Source of the DNA: the human T2T-CHM13v2.0 reference genome, Homo sapiens
Length of the DNA: 64,000 nucleotides
Strand: one strand, 5' to 3'
Assembly: GCF_009914755.1 (NCBI RefSeq)
Contig: NC_060928.1
The translations under genes and the position numbers were made by a program. Below are positions 1 through 15,267 of the stretch, one piece after another (the first letter of the stretch is position 1; the number at the start of each line of letters is the position of its first letter). A model generated the notes under the pieces. That model made no database searches. It worked only from the letters and a program-made list of their open reading frames with translations, and had not been told where the DNA came from.

Positions 1-298
<298 letters not shown>

Positions 299-926
299 AG
301 GTGAAAGAAAATGTAAAGCAAAAAAATCCCAGGACATGAGTTCAAGAGAGGAAAATCAGATGTATGCCCCTAAATAACACATCCAACACAAGAAATAGTA
401 TACCAAGTAACAAGCAGAGACCCTCAATTTCAAGGAATGTGAGGTTGTTTTCTATTTTTCCAAGTAGAAAAAACTATATAAGCATATTTATAAAACTAAA
501 AAAGCATTTTTAGCCATTAAGAATTTTTTTTGAAATTTAATATATGCATGGGGTTTAAAAGACCATACTGAAAAGAATACACAGTAAAAGTAAATATCCC
601 ACTACAGGGCTCCAGTTTCCCTCCCTAGCACTGTCATCACTAATTTCTTGAATATCTTTTAAAATATGTTAAATATGTGTAAGCATATAGGTGTACATAT
701 AACATATATCCTCCTTTAAATAGCCTATTAGAAACAGTTCTCAAGATACATTTTCTATTTCCTAAATATGATAGTACAGTAATCAAATTTATAATGGTAG
801 CTCTATAAATCAAGTCAATATAAAAAGTCCTGTCTACACATAATTAACAGTCTTTGTTTATCAATAAATCCAGTGATAGTAAAGATTAAAAACAAAAACC
901 CACAATTTTTCTTCCCAGAGACTGAC

Positions 927-1026
927 CTTTAGGGAATTCCTTGGGTAACAGGTTCTGAATGTGTGAGCACAATAGGGCCCATTCGCTTGAAGGTATTTTA
1001 CTCAAAACTTGAAATCTGGGCTCCAG
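927..1026 (-). other. WDFY3: Non-coding 5'UTR exon 3 (100 nt)
   Basis: Minus strand: ctttttccccctctttctag|CTGGAGCCCAGATTTC...GAATTCCCTAAAG|gtcagt; strong polypyrimidine tract, AG/GT ends, unique sequence. Confidence 0.9.
929..982 (-). other. uORF2, 17 aa MGPIVLTHSEPVTQGIP inside exon 3
   Basis: ATG 982-980 (CGAATGG, +4G) to TAA 931-929; same frame as uORF1, 15 nt after its stop. Confidence 0.5.
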
Positions 1027-1122
1027 CTAGAAAGAGGGGGAAAAAGGTTATGAATTAATCTCTAATTCAGAATATTTTCCTCAACACAGGTAGCCCAGGT
1101 CCACTAACTATCTCATACATGA

Positions 1123-1295
1123 GGACTTTTCAACCTTGGTTGGATACTGGAATCAACTAAGAAGCTTTTTAAAAAATGCTCTGATGCCCGGAAGCCACAC
1201 TCTGTTCAAATTAAGTCTCTGGGGCTAGAGCCTGGGCAGTGTTTTTATGGGTTTCCCAACTGATTCTAATGTGCATCCGGGGTTGAGAACCACTG
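1123..1295. mobile_element. MER5-type hAT-Charlie MITE
   Basis: Ends tgattctaatgtgcatccggggttgagaaccactg. Confidence 0.75.
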
Positions 1296-1383
1296 CCACA
1301 GAAATATAAAATCATATGGTATGGAGGTCACCTATAAACTTTTCAGCTTGTTGCTAAATAACGTATGAGTATGGAAAATGCAC

Positions 1384-1663
<280 letters not shown>

Positions 1664-2071
1664 GGGAAATGCACTTTTAAGATACTTGGGCAAAGGTGGC
1701 TCTAAATAACCAGAGTGTTCCTAACGCAGGACAAAGTGACGCTGGAGAGCCCACAACACAGGACTCAATAGGTATTCACCTCACATTTTCTGAACAAGCT
1801 TAAAATCCCAGGACAAACCTATTCTGGATATTTCATTATGAAAGAAACAGGATCAAATATTGAAAATCGCCTTTAAATCTTCCTGAATTACAAAGAAGTT
1901 ACATATTTAGAGATAACAACTATTAAAATTTAACTGAAAAGCAAGATACAATTAACTACTGCTTGACTGCAAAAATCAAAAGTGAAATAAACAAATTAAA
2001 TTCCTAACAATGACATTCACAAAACCTCTTTTATAGGGATTATAACCTATGGCATATGAAAGAGCCTAAGC

Positions 2072-2268
2072 TGGCAGCCACTACCTACATGTGGCTATTT
2101 AATCTTAAATACAAATTAATTTAAATATATGAAGTAAAAAATCTAGTTCCTCAGTTGCAGACACTTTTGAAGTGCTCAACAGCTATTATGTGTCTAGTGA
2201 CTACTGTATTAGACAGAGCCAATATAAAACATTTTAATTGTCACAGAAAGTTACATTGGACAATGCTG
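2072..2268. mobile_element. MER3/MER33-type hAT MITE
   Basis: agccactacctacatgtggctattt...gaaagttacattggacaatgctg. Confidence 0.75.
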
Positions 2269-2514
2269 GCTTGGGGGTAAATGAAGCCCCAAAACTTCAT
2301 ATTAAATTTGTAAACATACATATATTCTAGAGAGATGACCTATGACTTTTATTTGATTGTCAAAGGAGATCATGTTCAATTGCCACACCAGTGATTCAAG
2401 TGCCAGTGCCCAAGCCCGCAGAAAGTAGAAAAGAGTTTTTTTGTTTGTTTCGTCCCCAAATAGTTACCTCTTTTAAAAAAGCATATCATATCAACAGTAG
2501 CACTTCCCACTCAC

Positions 2515-2613
2515 GGATACAGTCTTTCAACCATTGCATGAAGATGACTGGACTACTATTAGCACAAAATGGTCTTCCCACCTCCCTGATGTTGTTATGG
2601 TCCTGGGGCTTCA
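2515..2613 (-). other. Candidate cassette exon in intron 2 (99 nt, or 102 nt via tandem AAGCAG acceptor)
   Basis: tttttctcttctgaaaaagcag|TGAAGCCCC...GTATCC|gtgagt; alternative donor GAG|gtaact ending at 2468; unique sequence. Confidence 0.35.
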
Positions 2614-3543
2614 CTGCTTTTTCAGAAGAGAAAAAGTAATAGTAAATCATAACCAGAAAAATAGACCTCCTTTGCTTTATTCATCATCTCCAACTTCATT
2701 AGCTATTGGTATATCCAAGATTATTTACCTGTCTTTTAACCCCAAATTCCAGCTTTTTGTGGCAAAGGGAATCACAACAAAATGGAAAGTGAATTCTGCA
2801 TCCCTCAGAAAAAAACACAAACAACAACCTTCCATCTGTAGGATGCTGTTCCTAAGAAGAATTCCAAGGATACTTGGCTACTAACCTAAGATTTAACACC
2901 TAAGTTATCATCAAAAACTAACACAAAACAAAGATACGATCTCACAGGTGAGCTTCCCTTATGGATAAACAGTCTGGGTTTAGCTTCCATACTGAAAAGG
3001 TCTGGGTTTGGCATTGAAACAAAGTCTTCTAAAGAGACATCATGGTGTGATGAGTATAGAGTATATCCAGCTATACCCAATTTCTAGGATACGATCAACT
3101 GTCTAATTGATTTAAAAACTTAGCAACTCCATCTCTAATCCTTTGCTCCTAATACATACCTTTTTAAAAAGGCAACCTCCTTGAAATGTTTGACTGCATC
3201 TTAACTAATTCAAACAAAAATTACTTAAAAAATGAGTATGCCTTTTATCTGCAAAGAAAAAATATATCCAAGCCAAAAGACCACACAAGAATATGAAAAA
3301 AGTAAAAGGCAAAATAGACCCTCAGTGTAAGACAAGACCAAAGCCTGTCTTATAAATTAGGTGAGCTTGCTGCGTGAACTATAACGTCTGAGTTCAAAAA
3401 CATCCCATGATTCAAATGTTATTAAACTAAGTGTATTTTAAGTCAATAAACTAAACGTTTGGCATTTTCTTATCAAATTAAACATTTATTTATTATGTAC
3501 TCATGATAAATTGCAATCCCATTCCTAAGTATTTACCATAAAA

Positions 3544-3747
3544 CAGGGGTTAGCAAATTACAGCCATGTACCAAAATCTAGCCCACACGTTTTTGTAAAT
3601 AAAGTTTTATTGGAACACATCCACATTCATTTACTTACGTATTGTCTATGACTCCTTTCACACTACAACAGCAGAGTACCCACAACAGAGACCCTAAAGC
3701 ATAAAATACTTCATCCAGTCCTCTACAGAAAAAGTTTTCTGACCCTG
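3544..3747 (+). mobile_element. MER58A hAT MITE
   Basis: caggggttagcaaatta...gtaaataaagttttattggaacac...gaccctg. Confidence 0.85.
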
Positions 3748-3768
3748 GCACTAAAGAAATAAAAACTG

Positions 3769-4095
3769 GGCCAAGTGTGGTGAGTCACACCTATAATCCC
3801 AACACTTTGAAAAGCTGAGGCGTGAGGATCACTTAAGGCCTGGAGTTCAAGACCAGCCTGGGCAACACAGTGAGATCCCATCTCCACAAAAAAAAATTAA
3901 AAATTAAAAACAAAAAATTAGCCAGATGTGGTGGCGTGCTTGTAGTCCTAGCTGCTCAAGAAGCTGAGACAGGAGGACTGCTTGAGCCCAGGAGGCAGAG
4001 GCTACATGCAATGTGACTGTGCCACTGTACTCTAGCCTGGGTGACAAAGCCAAGACCCTGTTTCAAAAAATAAAGAAGAAAGAAAAAGAAATGAA
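3769..4095 (+). mobile_element. AluJ
   Basis: ctgggcaacacagtgaga, cttgagcccaggagg, gaggctac; A tail. Confidence 0.92.
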
Positions 4096-4244
4096 ATGAA
4101 AACTTACATTCACACAAAACTTACACACAAAAGTTTATAGTACCTCTATTCATTATGGCCAAAGAATGGAAACAACCCAAATGTCCTTCAGCAAGTGAAT
4201 AGACACACAAACTATGGTGCACCCATACAACTCAACAAAAGTAA

Positions 4245-4525
<281 letters not shown>

Positions 4526-4884
4526 GATTGTGAATGAATTATTGTTACATATAAAAACTTGGATTATTCTCAAAGGCATTATGCTGAGTCAAATGAACCA
4601 GTCTCAAAAGATTACAAATGTAATTCCATTTATATGGTGTTCTTGAAAAAAACTATTTTGATGAAGACAGATTGGTGGTTGCCAGGGGTTAGAGGTGAGA
4701 GAGACTGTGACTATAAAGGAACAGAACAAGGAAGTTTTTTGGGTGATAAAATTGTCCTGTATCCTCACTGTGGTAGCAGTTACACTTATCTGCACATGTA
4801 TCAAAACCCATAAAGCTATATACCACAAAAAGGTGAATTTTACTTTGTAATAATCTAAAAAACAAAAACTTTTGAAAACAGCAT

Positions 4885-5675
4885 GATAGTTTCTGTGTTT
4901 ATTTGTGCTGTGATAACAGAATACATGAAACTGGGTAGTTTACAAATAATAGAAATGTATTTCCTCATGGATCTGTAGGCTGAGAAATCTAAGATCAAGG
5001 CAATGGCCGGTTCACTTGTCTGGTGAGGGCTGCTCTCTGCTTCCAAGATGATGCCTTGTTGCTGCATCCTCTGGAGGGGAGGAGCGTGTGTCCTCACATG
5101 GCAGAAGGCGAAAGGGCAAGAAACCTAATGCATAAAGGCTCGTTTAGAAGGGTCTTAATCCCATTGATAAGAAAGCAGCCTTCATGGTCTAATCATGTTC
5201 TAAAGGCTCTACCTCTTAATGCCATCTGCTATGGTTTGAAAATTTCTCCTCTCCAAAACTCACGTTGAAATTTAATGCTCCAATGTGGCAGTAATTAGAG
5301 GTGGGGCCTTTGACTGGTTCATGAGGAATCTGCTCTCACGAAGGGACTAATCCATTCATGGATTAAGGTCCTCGTGGGGATCAGCTGGTGGCTTTCTGAG
5401 ACAAGAAAGAGAGACCTGAGTTAGCATGTGATGTCCCCTACCACCTCAGGACTCTGTAGAGAGTCCCTTCCAGCAAGCAGGCCCCCACCAGAGGGAGTTT
5501 CTTGATCTTGGACTTTTCAGTCTCCATAAGCATAAGAAATAAATTCCTTTTCTTTTCAAATTACCCAGTTTCAGGTATTCTGTTTTAAGCAACAGAAAAC
5601 AGACTAAGACACCATCACAATGGCCATTACATTTCAACACCTGCATATTGGAGGGGACAATATTTAAATCATAGT
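4885..5675 (-). mobile_element. MaLR LTR (MSTD-like) split by nested LTR
   Basis: ataacagaatacatgaaactgggtag...tcctcacatggcagaagg...tttaaatcatagta. Confidence 0.8.
5227..5611 (+). mobile_element. MaLR solo LTR (MSTC-like) nested in opposite orientation
   Basis: tgctatggtttgaa...agactaagaca with perfect 5-bp TSD ccatc (5222-5226, 5612-5616). Confidence 0.85.
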
Positions 5676-6669
5676 AGATAGTTTAAAGAAAAACAATAAG
5701 ATAACAAGGAAACAAGCTCTAAAAATTTAGAGCAAATAATATGAGATTTTTCCAGGGAAGATGAGATCCGAAAGTGTTGTCTGGGTTACTATACTCTTGG
5801 GTTTCAGTCCTGGCTTTATAATCCATTCACAACGGAACATTAAATCAATAACCCATCTCAGTATTTCCCTGTGATTTTTCTGCACGCAGTCTGGCAGGTT
5901 GATATCTGAGGGTGAATATAAAGTCCTGAATGCAATATTTCCCCTGTCAAATATGACATACTGCATGAAGAAATACTGCAATTCAAGTTATCTCAGAATA
6001 CCTCCATTCTACTCTCCAGATTAGCCATAAATACAAAGGCATGGCTTATATCACAGTTGTCAGCCCTTTTCACACACTCAAGTTTTCTCACTCTGCTGCT
6101 CTCAAAGCTCTTTCCCACCTCCAAGTTCTTAGGAAAATCTGGCATTATATTCCATACACACACTGAAATACTGTGCCACATATGTTTTTGCACTATACAT
6201 GGTCTGCAATTTTCTTTAGGGAAACCAGATTTGCAGACTGCCCATGAGAAATCTGTAAACTGTCACCTGGAATTAATCAAAAGGTAAATTTAGTAAATAC
6301 AAAATCATTATCACAGAAAACAAGAGGTAGAATTCAGTGCTTTCACAGAATCAACAATAAAAACAATTTATAAATGGGTTATATATTTTGTAAATCCAAT
6401 AAAATAGTTTTTTTAAAACCCAATATGAAAAACTGGCATACGATTAAAATCTCTGGACCAGACTAAAAACATTCAGACTAATTGCTTCCATTGTGCATAA
6501 TTAACAGACCATGTCTCAAGTTAAACTCTAAAAGAGGAAGAACTCAGGAGTGACCACTAATCTTCTGTAAACCATTTTTACATGGTCATCAAAGAGAAGA
6601 AACTTTTTAGAAGGGCAAAATAGAATTTTCACCATGACAAAAAGTACATCCCAAAGTCCCTAGCATTTT

Positions 6670-6820
6670 GTGGTGATTTTAAATGTTAGCAAGTTCTTTG
6701 ATATTCCTACTTTTAAAAGGAAAAGCCTTTTTCTCCATACCCTTTGAATGGGACTCACTTTCGACAAGTAAAATGTTGGGAGTGATACTATGTGACTTAT
6801 AAGACTAGGTCATAAAAAGG
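6670..6820 (+). mobile_element. MLT1 (H/G-like) LTR 5' fragment
   Basis: aagttctttgatattcc...gtgatactatgtgacttataagactaggtcataaaaagg. Confidence 0.55.
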
Positions 6821-7362
6821 ATTCAAACTGTAGCTCTGCCATTAATACTAATTCCTCTTTCAGACTTATTGTCAGGATTGGAGATAGCATATGTAAAGTC
6901 TTTGACTTAGTGCCAGAATATTAGAAGCCTAACAAATAGCTTCTAACCAAGCACTTGTAGTCCTTAAAGTCTCCCTCAAGATGTGTATTATTAGGATTTA
7001 AGAATGAAAAGAGTAAATTATGTTGTTGAATGAAGGAAAGTCACAAAGTGCTAAAATCAAATCACGAAGAATATAAGGACTTTTAGAAAAAATTATTTCT
7101 ATTAAGGTTGAGTCAAATGAAATTGCCATTTTTGTTAGGTCAGAAAAAAGAGAGTATCAGTAATTTTTACAGTTCAATCTAATACATGTGGAATAAATGT
7201 TTTCCCTTTGATATTATCAAACACATTATCACATATTTCAAATAAATGGAAAACCTCAGGGAATATATAATCTAAATGTAAAAATTTACAATATTTTCCA
7301 TAGCAGAGCATATATGAAGGGAGTTTGTTTGCGTCAAACAAACAAAAAGGGAGTTTGTTGCT

Positions 7363-7636
7363 TCTCACTCTATGGCACAGGCTGGAATGCAGTAGCGCAA
7401 TCTCAGCTCACTGTAACCTCTGCCTCCCAGGTTCAAGCAGTCCTTCCACTTCAGCCTCCTGTGTAGCTGCAAGTACAGGCCTGCACCACCATGCCTGGCT
7501 AATTTTTGTATTTTTGGTAGAGATCAGGTTTCTCCATGTAACCCAGGCTGGTCTCAAACTCCTGGTTTCAAGTAATCCGCCTGCCTCATCCTCCCAAAGT
7601 GCTGGGGTTACAGGTGTGAGCCACTGTGCCCAGTCC
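7363..7636 (-). mobile_element. Alu lacking its poly(A) tail
   Basis: Begins abruptly at tctcactctatggcacaggctgg; ends gagccactgtgcccagtc. Confidence 0.92.
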
Positions 7637-7867
7637 TATAATACTGTTTTAATTCATTCTCCTAGTCATTAGACTTCAAAAATATTTCAAACCAAACCTC
7701 ACCTTAGAGTTTCATCATTTAAAAAATTAACCTTCTTTGAAGGTAGCCAAGTTATGACAAACTGAGAAAAGCTGGACAAAAACAATATCTGAAATATATG
7801 AACATTAAAGAATCGGTTTCAGATATTTAAGACACTACGCTATACACATGTATATTTATGTGATGTG

Positions 7868-7953
7868 TATCTCTATTTCTCTATCTCCCTATCTGTCTGT
7901 CTGTCTGTCTCTCTCCGTCCATCCATCCGCCCGCCTGCCTGCCCGCCTGCCTG
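7868..7953. repeat. Compound tetranucleotide microsatellite (CTAT/CTGT/CCAT/CCGC/CCTG)
   Basis: Direct reading. Confidence 0.85.
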
Positions 7954-8236
7954 CTATGGTCTGAATATTTGTGTTCCCCCACCTCAAATTCATGTTAAAA
8001 TCCCATCTCTCCCAATATGATGGTACTAGGAGGTGGGGCCTTTGGAAGGTGTTTAGGTCATGAGGGTGGAACTCTCATAAACTGATTAGTGTCCTTATAA
8101 AAGCTCCTTTGCCTCTTCCACATGTGAGGACACAGCAAGAAGGTCCTGTCTGTGAACCAGGAAGTGGGCCCTCACCAGACACTGAATCTGCTGGTGCGTT
8201 GATCTTGAACTAGAACTGTGAGAAATAAATTTCTGT
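7952..8236 (+). mobile_element. MLT1A-type LTR, 3' end missing
   Basis: tgctatggtctgaatatttgtg...gaactgtgagaaataaatttctgt, then stops. Confidence 0.85.
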
Positions 8237-8239
8237 CAT

Positions 8240-8420
<181 letters not shown>

Positions 8421-8885
8421 CTGAGACTCAGAGAGGTAAAATTCAAAGGTCACACAGCTTGGAAGGGCTCTGTTAGTCATTCATTCAACAAATGGTAGAC
8501 ATGGTAGAGATGTAATACTTTCTCATCTATTACAGTACCATTACTGCCAAAAATTTTTAAAAATAAATAAATAAGAAAGCACGTTTTAATATAAACTAAT
8601 ATAAACAAAGCAAACTTCTGTGCTGCAGTTTGTGCAGGTGTTCTTTCTGTGCTGTGGTTTGTCTTACAAAGCAAGCAAAATGTGGCCCATGCAAGCAAAC
8701 TCTAAAAGGTAGAGTTTCTAGGGCTGTTCTCTCCCTAAAAAAGCTCTTATTCACTCTACAACTTTAAATACCATCTGTATATCTCCTCCTAACTCTCTGA
8801 GCTTCAAGATTGTTTAATTGATTGCCACTTGACGTCTCCATTTGGTCACTTACAGATGTCACAAAAGTAACAAGTTCAAAAATAA

Positions 8886-9408
<523 letters not shown>

Positions 9409-10544
9409 TCATTTAAGAATACTGTCATCCAACCAACTGCTCAAGCCAAAACCTGAGTATTTTCCTTGCTTTCCTCCTCCCCCACACTCTTCATGTTAAG
9501 TCCCATTGGTTCCACCTACAGACTAGATCTCATCTATCCTTTTCTCTCCCAACACTTTAGATCCGAGCTGCGATTATCTTTCACCTGAACTACTATAATG
9601 GTCTTATTATTTTCCTGCTTTCTCTCCTTTGCAGACAAAGTGCTTTGGGGGCTAGAGGACAGGTAACAGAAACTATAGTATGTAACTTTAAAACCCTTCG
9701 GTGGCTTTCAGTGTGTTTAATAAAAGCCATACTCCTTACCATGGCCCTTTAAAATTCTAGATATCTGATCCCTTTCTACCTTTCAAACTTCATTCCACTC
9801 TCCCCCAGACATCTCCAGGCATGCTTTCAATTCCTCATACACCAACTGTTCACACTGCAGGGTCTTCCCTTCTTCCTGTAAATTCCTGGCAGGGATAACT
9901 CCTTCAATTTTCAGCTTCAAGGTCACCTCTCTTGACAAGCCTTTTCTGGCAATGTAGAAGTACCTCTGCCTTCCCATGACCCTCTATCACCTCATCTGCA
10001 TTTCTTCCATGGTCTGCGCTTAACATCATTGGAAAATATCTACTTATACATTTACCATCTAGTTGTCTACCAGATTATGAACTCCAAGTAGACAGAATAT
10101 GTCTGTTTTGTTTACTTATATTCACCACCTAGTAAAATGCCTGTCATGTAAATTTTTCTTGAATGAGCAAGTTAGGAATATTAGACTAAAAGGACTTTAA
10201 TTTCTATACAATTTAAAGTGTTTTAAGCTACAAATTTAAAAGATAATTTATGATCTTCTCTCATGAAGTATACAAATATAACTCAGAGACAGACGTGTTT
10301 CATTTCTTAAAGACCTATGACAAACCTCAAAGCAGTGAAGTTTGTGTCAGATTCATTTTATAGGCAATATAGAACCTAAGACATGACTTTCTTATTTTCA
10401 GAATCTAGGTGAAAAACTGCAGTAAAATTATGAAGAGGTACCAACTAGCTCAAGTAAATAATTATGTTTATATGCAAAATGACTATAGCCTCAAAAATAT
10501 GTGTAATATTTTAATAAAAGCATATTCTTAAAAAAATTTAACCA

Positions 10545-11091
10545 CAGTCATCCCTTGGTATCCACAGGAAATTGGCTCCAGGACCCCCACGTATACCAAA
10601 ATCCTGCCATGCTCAAGTCCCTTATATAAAATGATACAGTAATTACATATAACCTATGCACATTTTCCTGTATACTTTAAATCATGCTTGTACAACCTAT
10701 GGCTCATGGGCTGCATATGGCCCAGGAAAGCTTTGAATATGGCCCAAATTTGTAAACTTTCTTAAAACATTATGAGATATTTTGTGATTTTTTTTTTTTT
10801 TTTTAGCTCATCAGCCATCGTTAGTGCTGGTATATTTTATATGTGGCCCAAGACAATTCTTCTTCTCCCAGTGTGGCCCAGGGAAGCCCAAAGATTGGAC
10901 ACACCTGCAAATCATTTCTAGATTACTTATAATACCTAACACAATGTAAATCCTATGTAAATTTTTGTTATACTGTATTTTCAAATATAAAATTCTTTAT
11001 TATTATTTTTTGCAACATCTTTTCCCAAATATTTTCTGTCCATGGTTGGTTGCATCCATGGATGTGGAACCTGTAGATATGGAGGGCTGAA
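10545..11091 (+). mobile_element. MER2 (Tigger-family MITE) with nested MER30
   Basis: cagtcatcccttggtatcc...gctcaagtcccttatataaaatg...ggagggctga. Confidence 0.88.
10683..10907. mobile_element. MER30 hAT MITE
   Basis: tagctcatcagccatcgttagtg...gtggcccagggaagcccaaagattggacacacctg. Confidence 0.88.
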
Positions 11092-11184
11092 TTTATTTCC
11101 ATTTGGACAAAAGTATTTTGCAGAGAGAGAAAATAACCTATTTTGGTCAGGTCCAAGGGAGAATAATAAATTACTGTCCCATTC

Positions 11185-11720
11185 TGTGTTGGTTATAAAT
11201 ATATCCACGAATTTTATGATGCTCCTCTTTTCAAAGGTAGAGTCTAATTAATCCCCTCTTAATTATGGGTTACACTTAGCAACACGTTTCTAAGGAACAG
11301 AATATGGAGGAAGTGACTATGTGTGACCAGATTATAAAAGACATTATGACTTCCTTCTTGCTCTCTCTCAGATTACTTGCCCTGAAGGAAGCCAACTTCC
11401 ACATTGTGAAAACACTCCAGCAACCCTATGGAGGGGTCCACATGAGTAGAAACCAAAGGTTTCTGCTGACAGCTAGTAAGAAATTGAGGTCTTCTGTCAA
11501 CAGCCATGTACGTGAGCCATCCTGGAAAGTGATCCTCTAGTCCCAGTCAAGCCTTTAGATAGCTACTGCCAACATCCTGACTACAACCTTATGAGAAATC
11601 CTAAGCCAGGGCCACCTAGTTAAACCACTCCTAAATACCTGGCCCACAGACACTGTGAGATAATAAATGCTTGGCTTTTCTTAAGCGACTTAACTTGAAT
11701 CAGCAATAAGTAATCTATAT
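11185..11720 (+). mobile_element. MLT1F-like LTR
   Basis: aacagaatatggaggaagtgac...cagccatgtacgtgagccatc...cactgtgagataataaatg. Confidence 0.8.
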
Positions 11721-11724
11721 TCGT

Positions 11725-12365
11725 TCAAGCAATAATCATTGATCTGTGCCTACTATGGCCCAGTCACTGTACCAGGCCCTACAGACACAGGGAAAAAATA
11801 AGACTCACTGTCTTACAGGGATAGACGGGATATACAAGAGGATAGAGGATAGTATAGCAACACAGCATTAAGTGCTCTAAACGGATAAATAGAAGGCCCT
11901 ACCTCAACACCCAGAACACAATATCAAGTTTCAAAAGAAGGAAGAGGAAGAGGAGGAGGAGGAGAAGCTGTTTAAGGGGGAAAGAGTGGGTGTAGGTATG
12001 CATATCTACATGTAAGGTGCAAGGAAAGTGCAGAGGATGACAAATGAAGGGACTGGAGATATATATAAGTACCAGTTGGATAATGAAAGGATGCCATACT
12101 CTGAGCTTTAACTAAAGGCAATAAGGAGACACTGAGAATTTCAATAAAGTAGGGTAAGATTCACATTCTACAAAGAAGACTCTTGCTGCAGTATGGAAAA
12201 CGGCTCCAAAGGGCCTCCTCTAATACAGACAGTTAAAAGGAAACTGCAGCTATCCAGTTTAGGTAGAATGATGGCCTGAAATATCTTAGCAACAAGAAGT
12301 AAAAAAGCAGTAGACAGATTCAACAGACATTTAGAAGGTAGAAAGATAGAACTTTATGATTGATT
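11725..12365 (-). mobile_element. L2 fragment
   Basis: gtgcctactatggcccag...gtagacagattcaacagacatttagaaggtaga. Confidence 0.6.
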
Positions 12366-13041
12366 TTAAAATTAAATGCCATCAATATCTCCAGAACACT
12401 AAAAAAGGAAAATCACCATAATATGCAAATATTCAGAACAAATAAAAGAACAATCTTTATTGGTATACATGGCAAACCCTCTAAACTCAAAAGAATCCCC
12501 AACACATTCTGAAAGTGGAAATGAATTTTAAATCAGTTGTCCAAAAAGACAGAACTATAAATTCAATATGAGGAAGGCATAAATGGCTTCGCATAATTCT
12601 AATGTACCTCATCAGAAACCTCAATAGTCATTTACAACTGACAAGCCCAACTCTTTGTATATTTCAACTTTTTTTATTGCTAGTATGAAGTATAGCTCTT
12701 TTTCTTTCCCTTTTAGAATAAAGGGATCAAGGAGATACTGTATTACCTCTCCTTGAATATCTAAGTCAGATATGCCAGAATACAACACATTGTCCTTATC
12801 TAGCTCAAGAGTTCTTAGTGTTCTAAGGTTGAAACTCTTCAGGACTTCAGTGAGCATAAATTATCAACATAAGAACTCTTTCTAAGCTATAATGTAAGCT
12901 CTTTGAGGGCAGAAATCATGTCTTAAACATCTATTCCTAGCACTAAGCCCACTGCATCTAAAGCAAGGAAAAATTCAAAAGATGTTTATTGAATGGATTC
13001 ATATTAAACTAAATACTAGGAGTCTATTCCTACGCACGTAT

Positions 13042-13076
13042 CCATACACACACACACACACACGCACACACACACA
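13042..13076. repeat. (CA)n microsatellite
   Basis: Direct reading. Confidence 0.9.
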
Positions 13077-14016
13077 AAAATATTTACTGACGGAATTTGT
13101 TTCATAATACAGGGATAGAGTAAATGCATGGGAATGTAATAAAACAAGATGGGCCAATATATAACTTTTTAGAACTGTGAGATTTATCAGAGAAAACTGA
13201 AAGTAAACAAGGGAGTTACAGGGAGGGCATCTATTTTATGTATTTGGTTCATGGGGTAAAATAAACTAAAATACATTTTAAAAGGTTAAAATTATGCTTT
13301 CTTGACAGATTTTTGCCTTTAATTTATAACCCAGTGTTCTTGTTACAAAATATTTATACTTCATAATTCTAAATACCAAATAACTTATTTTAGAACTATG
13401 GTTAAAGTATTGTAATAAAAAAAGAAAGGGCACAAATGTACTACAGAAAAATAAAAAAAAATTCATATAATAACAAAGTAAGAGAAAATGACATCTAATG
13501 TTCTCCTAATTTTCTGTTTGCTGTTGCAGTCTGAAGGAACACAAGATTAATTAGATACTTGTAACATAAAAATAACCTAAATACAGTCATTCATATTTGG
13601 CTTAGGAGTCTCACTGCCAGCTCTTTAGTAAAAATTATTCCTTATAAAATACTAATATTGTCTTTTATGAAATCTCAAGATTTTCAGTAAGTAGATAGCT
13701 TCTGGAACTAAAATAAAAGTAGCATTTAACATAAAATTGAACAATTTACTAGATTACGTGACTTATTGGTCTTTTCATTATTGCATTTTTTCTGCAAGCA
13801 AGACAAATATTTTCTTTTTTGTCTTCATGCTTTTGTCTCTAATCCTCAAATTTCCAAAGAAAGTTACAATATGAATTAAATAACCAACAACTTGCTTGCT
13901 TTAACATTTTTTCCTAGTATAACTCCATAAGTATTCATAATAAATTTAATATTTGCCATTCTTTTTGGAATACTGTCAACGAAATGAAACTATTAAAAGC
14001 AAAATTCAAAGATACA

Positions 14017-14350
14017 CAGTCAGCCCTCTGCATCTGTGGGTTCCACACTGTGGATTCAGCCAACTGCAGATCAAAAATATTCAGAAAAAACAAATTCCAT
14101 CTGTACTAAACATGTACATATTTTTTCTTGTCATTATTCCTAAACAATACAGAATAACAACTATTTATATAACATTGACATTGTATTCGGTATTATAAGT
14201 AATCTAAAGACGATTTACAGTATACAGGAGGATACGCACAGGTTATGTGCAAAAACTATGCCATTTCCTATCACGGACTTGAGCACCTACAGATTTTGGT
14301 GCTTGAGGAAGGTCCTGAAATCAGTCCCCCACAGATACAAGGGATGATTG
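14017..14350 (-). mobile_element. MER2
   Basis: cagtcagccctctgcatctgtgggttcc...caagggatgattgta. Confidence 0.85.
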
Positions 14351-14676
14351 TATATTAGAAACATTTTTAAAGGCACACATTAATGGTAATAAAATATCCA
14401 ATTAAAAATAAAACATTTAATATAATAAATCAAATATATAATATAATGTAATCAAAACAGTATGGTACTAGCATAAGGATGGTAATATGGACCAACAGAA
14501 TGGAACAGAGCCCAGGAAAAAACTCTCACATATATGGCCAACTGATTTTCAACAAGAGAGCCAAGACTATTCAATGGAGGAGAAGGCAGTCTCGTCAACA
14601 AAACCAGTGCTGGGAAAATTGAATCTACCTTAAAAATTAACATAAAATGGGTCATAGACCTAAATTTAAGAGCTGA

Positions 14677-15036
<360 letters not shown>

Positions 15037-15267
15037 AATGGTTTCTTAAATATGACACCAAAACCACAGGAACAAAATAGATAAACTGGACTTCATAAAA
15101 ATTAAAGACTTTAGTACACCAAAGGACACTATCAACAGAGTAAAGCTCCCAGAATGAAAGAAAATATTTGTGAAATCATACATCTGATAAGGGTTATCCA
15201 GAACACATAAAGAACCCCTATAACTCAACAACAAAGAGATAAACAACCCAATTTAAAAATGAGCAAA

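Noticed and set aside
12621-12857. 78-aa minus-strand ORF with protein-like composition (MLTEVLKSFNLR...)
   Set aside because: No recognisable domain and no convincing acceptor; consistent with chance in AT-rich DNA
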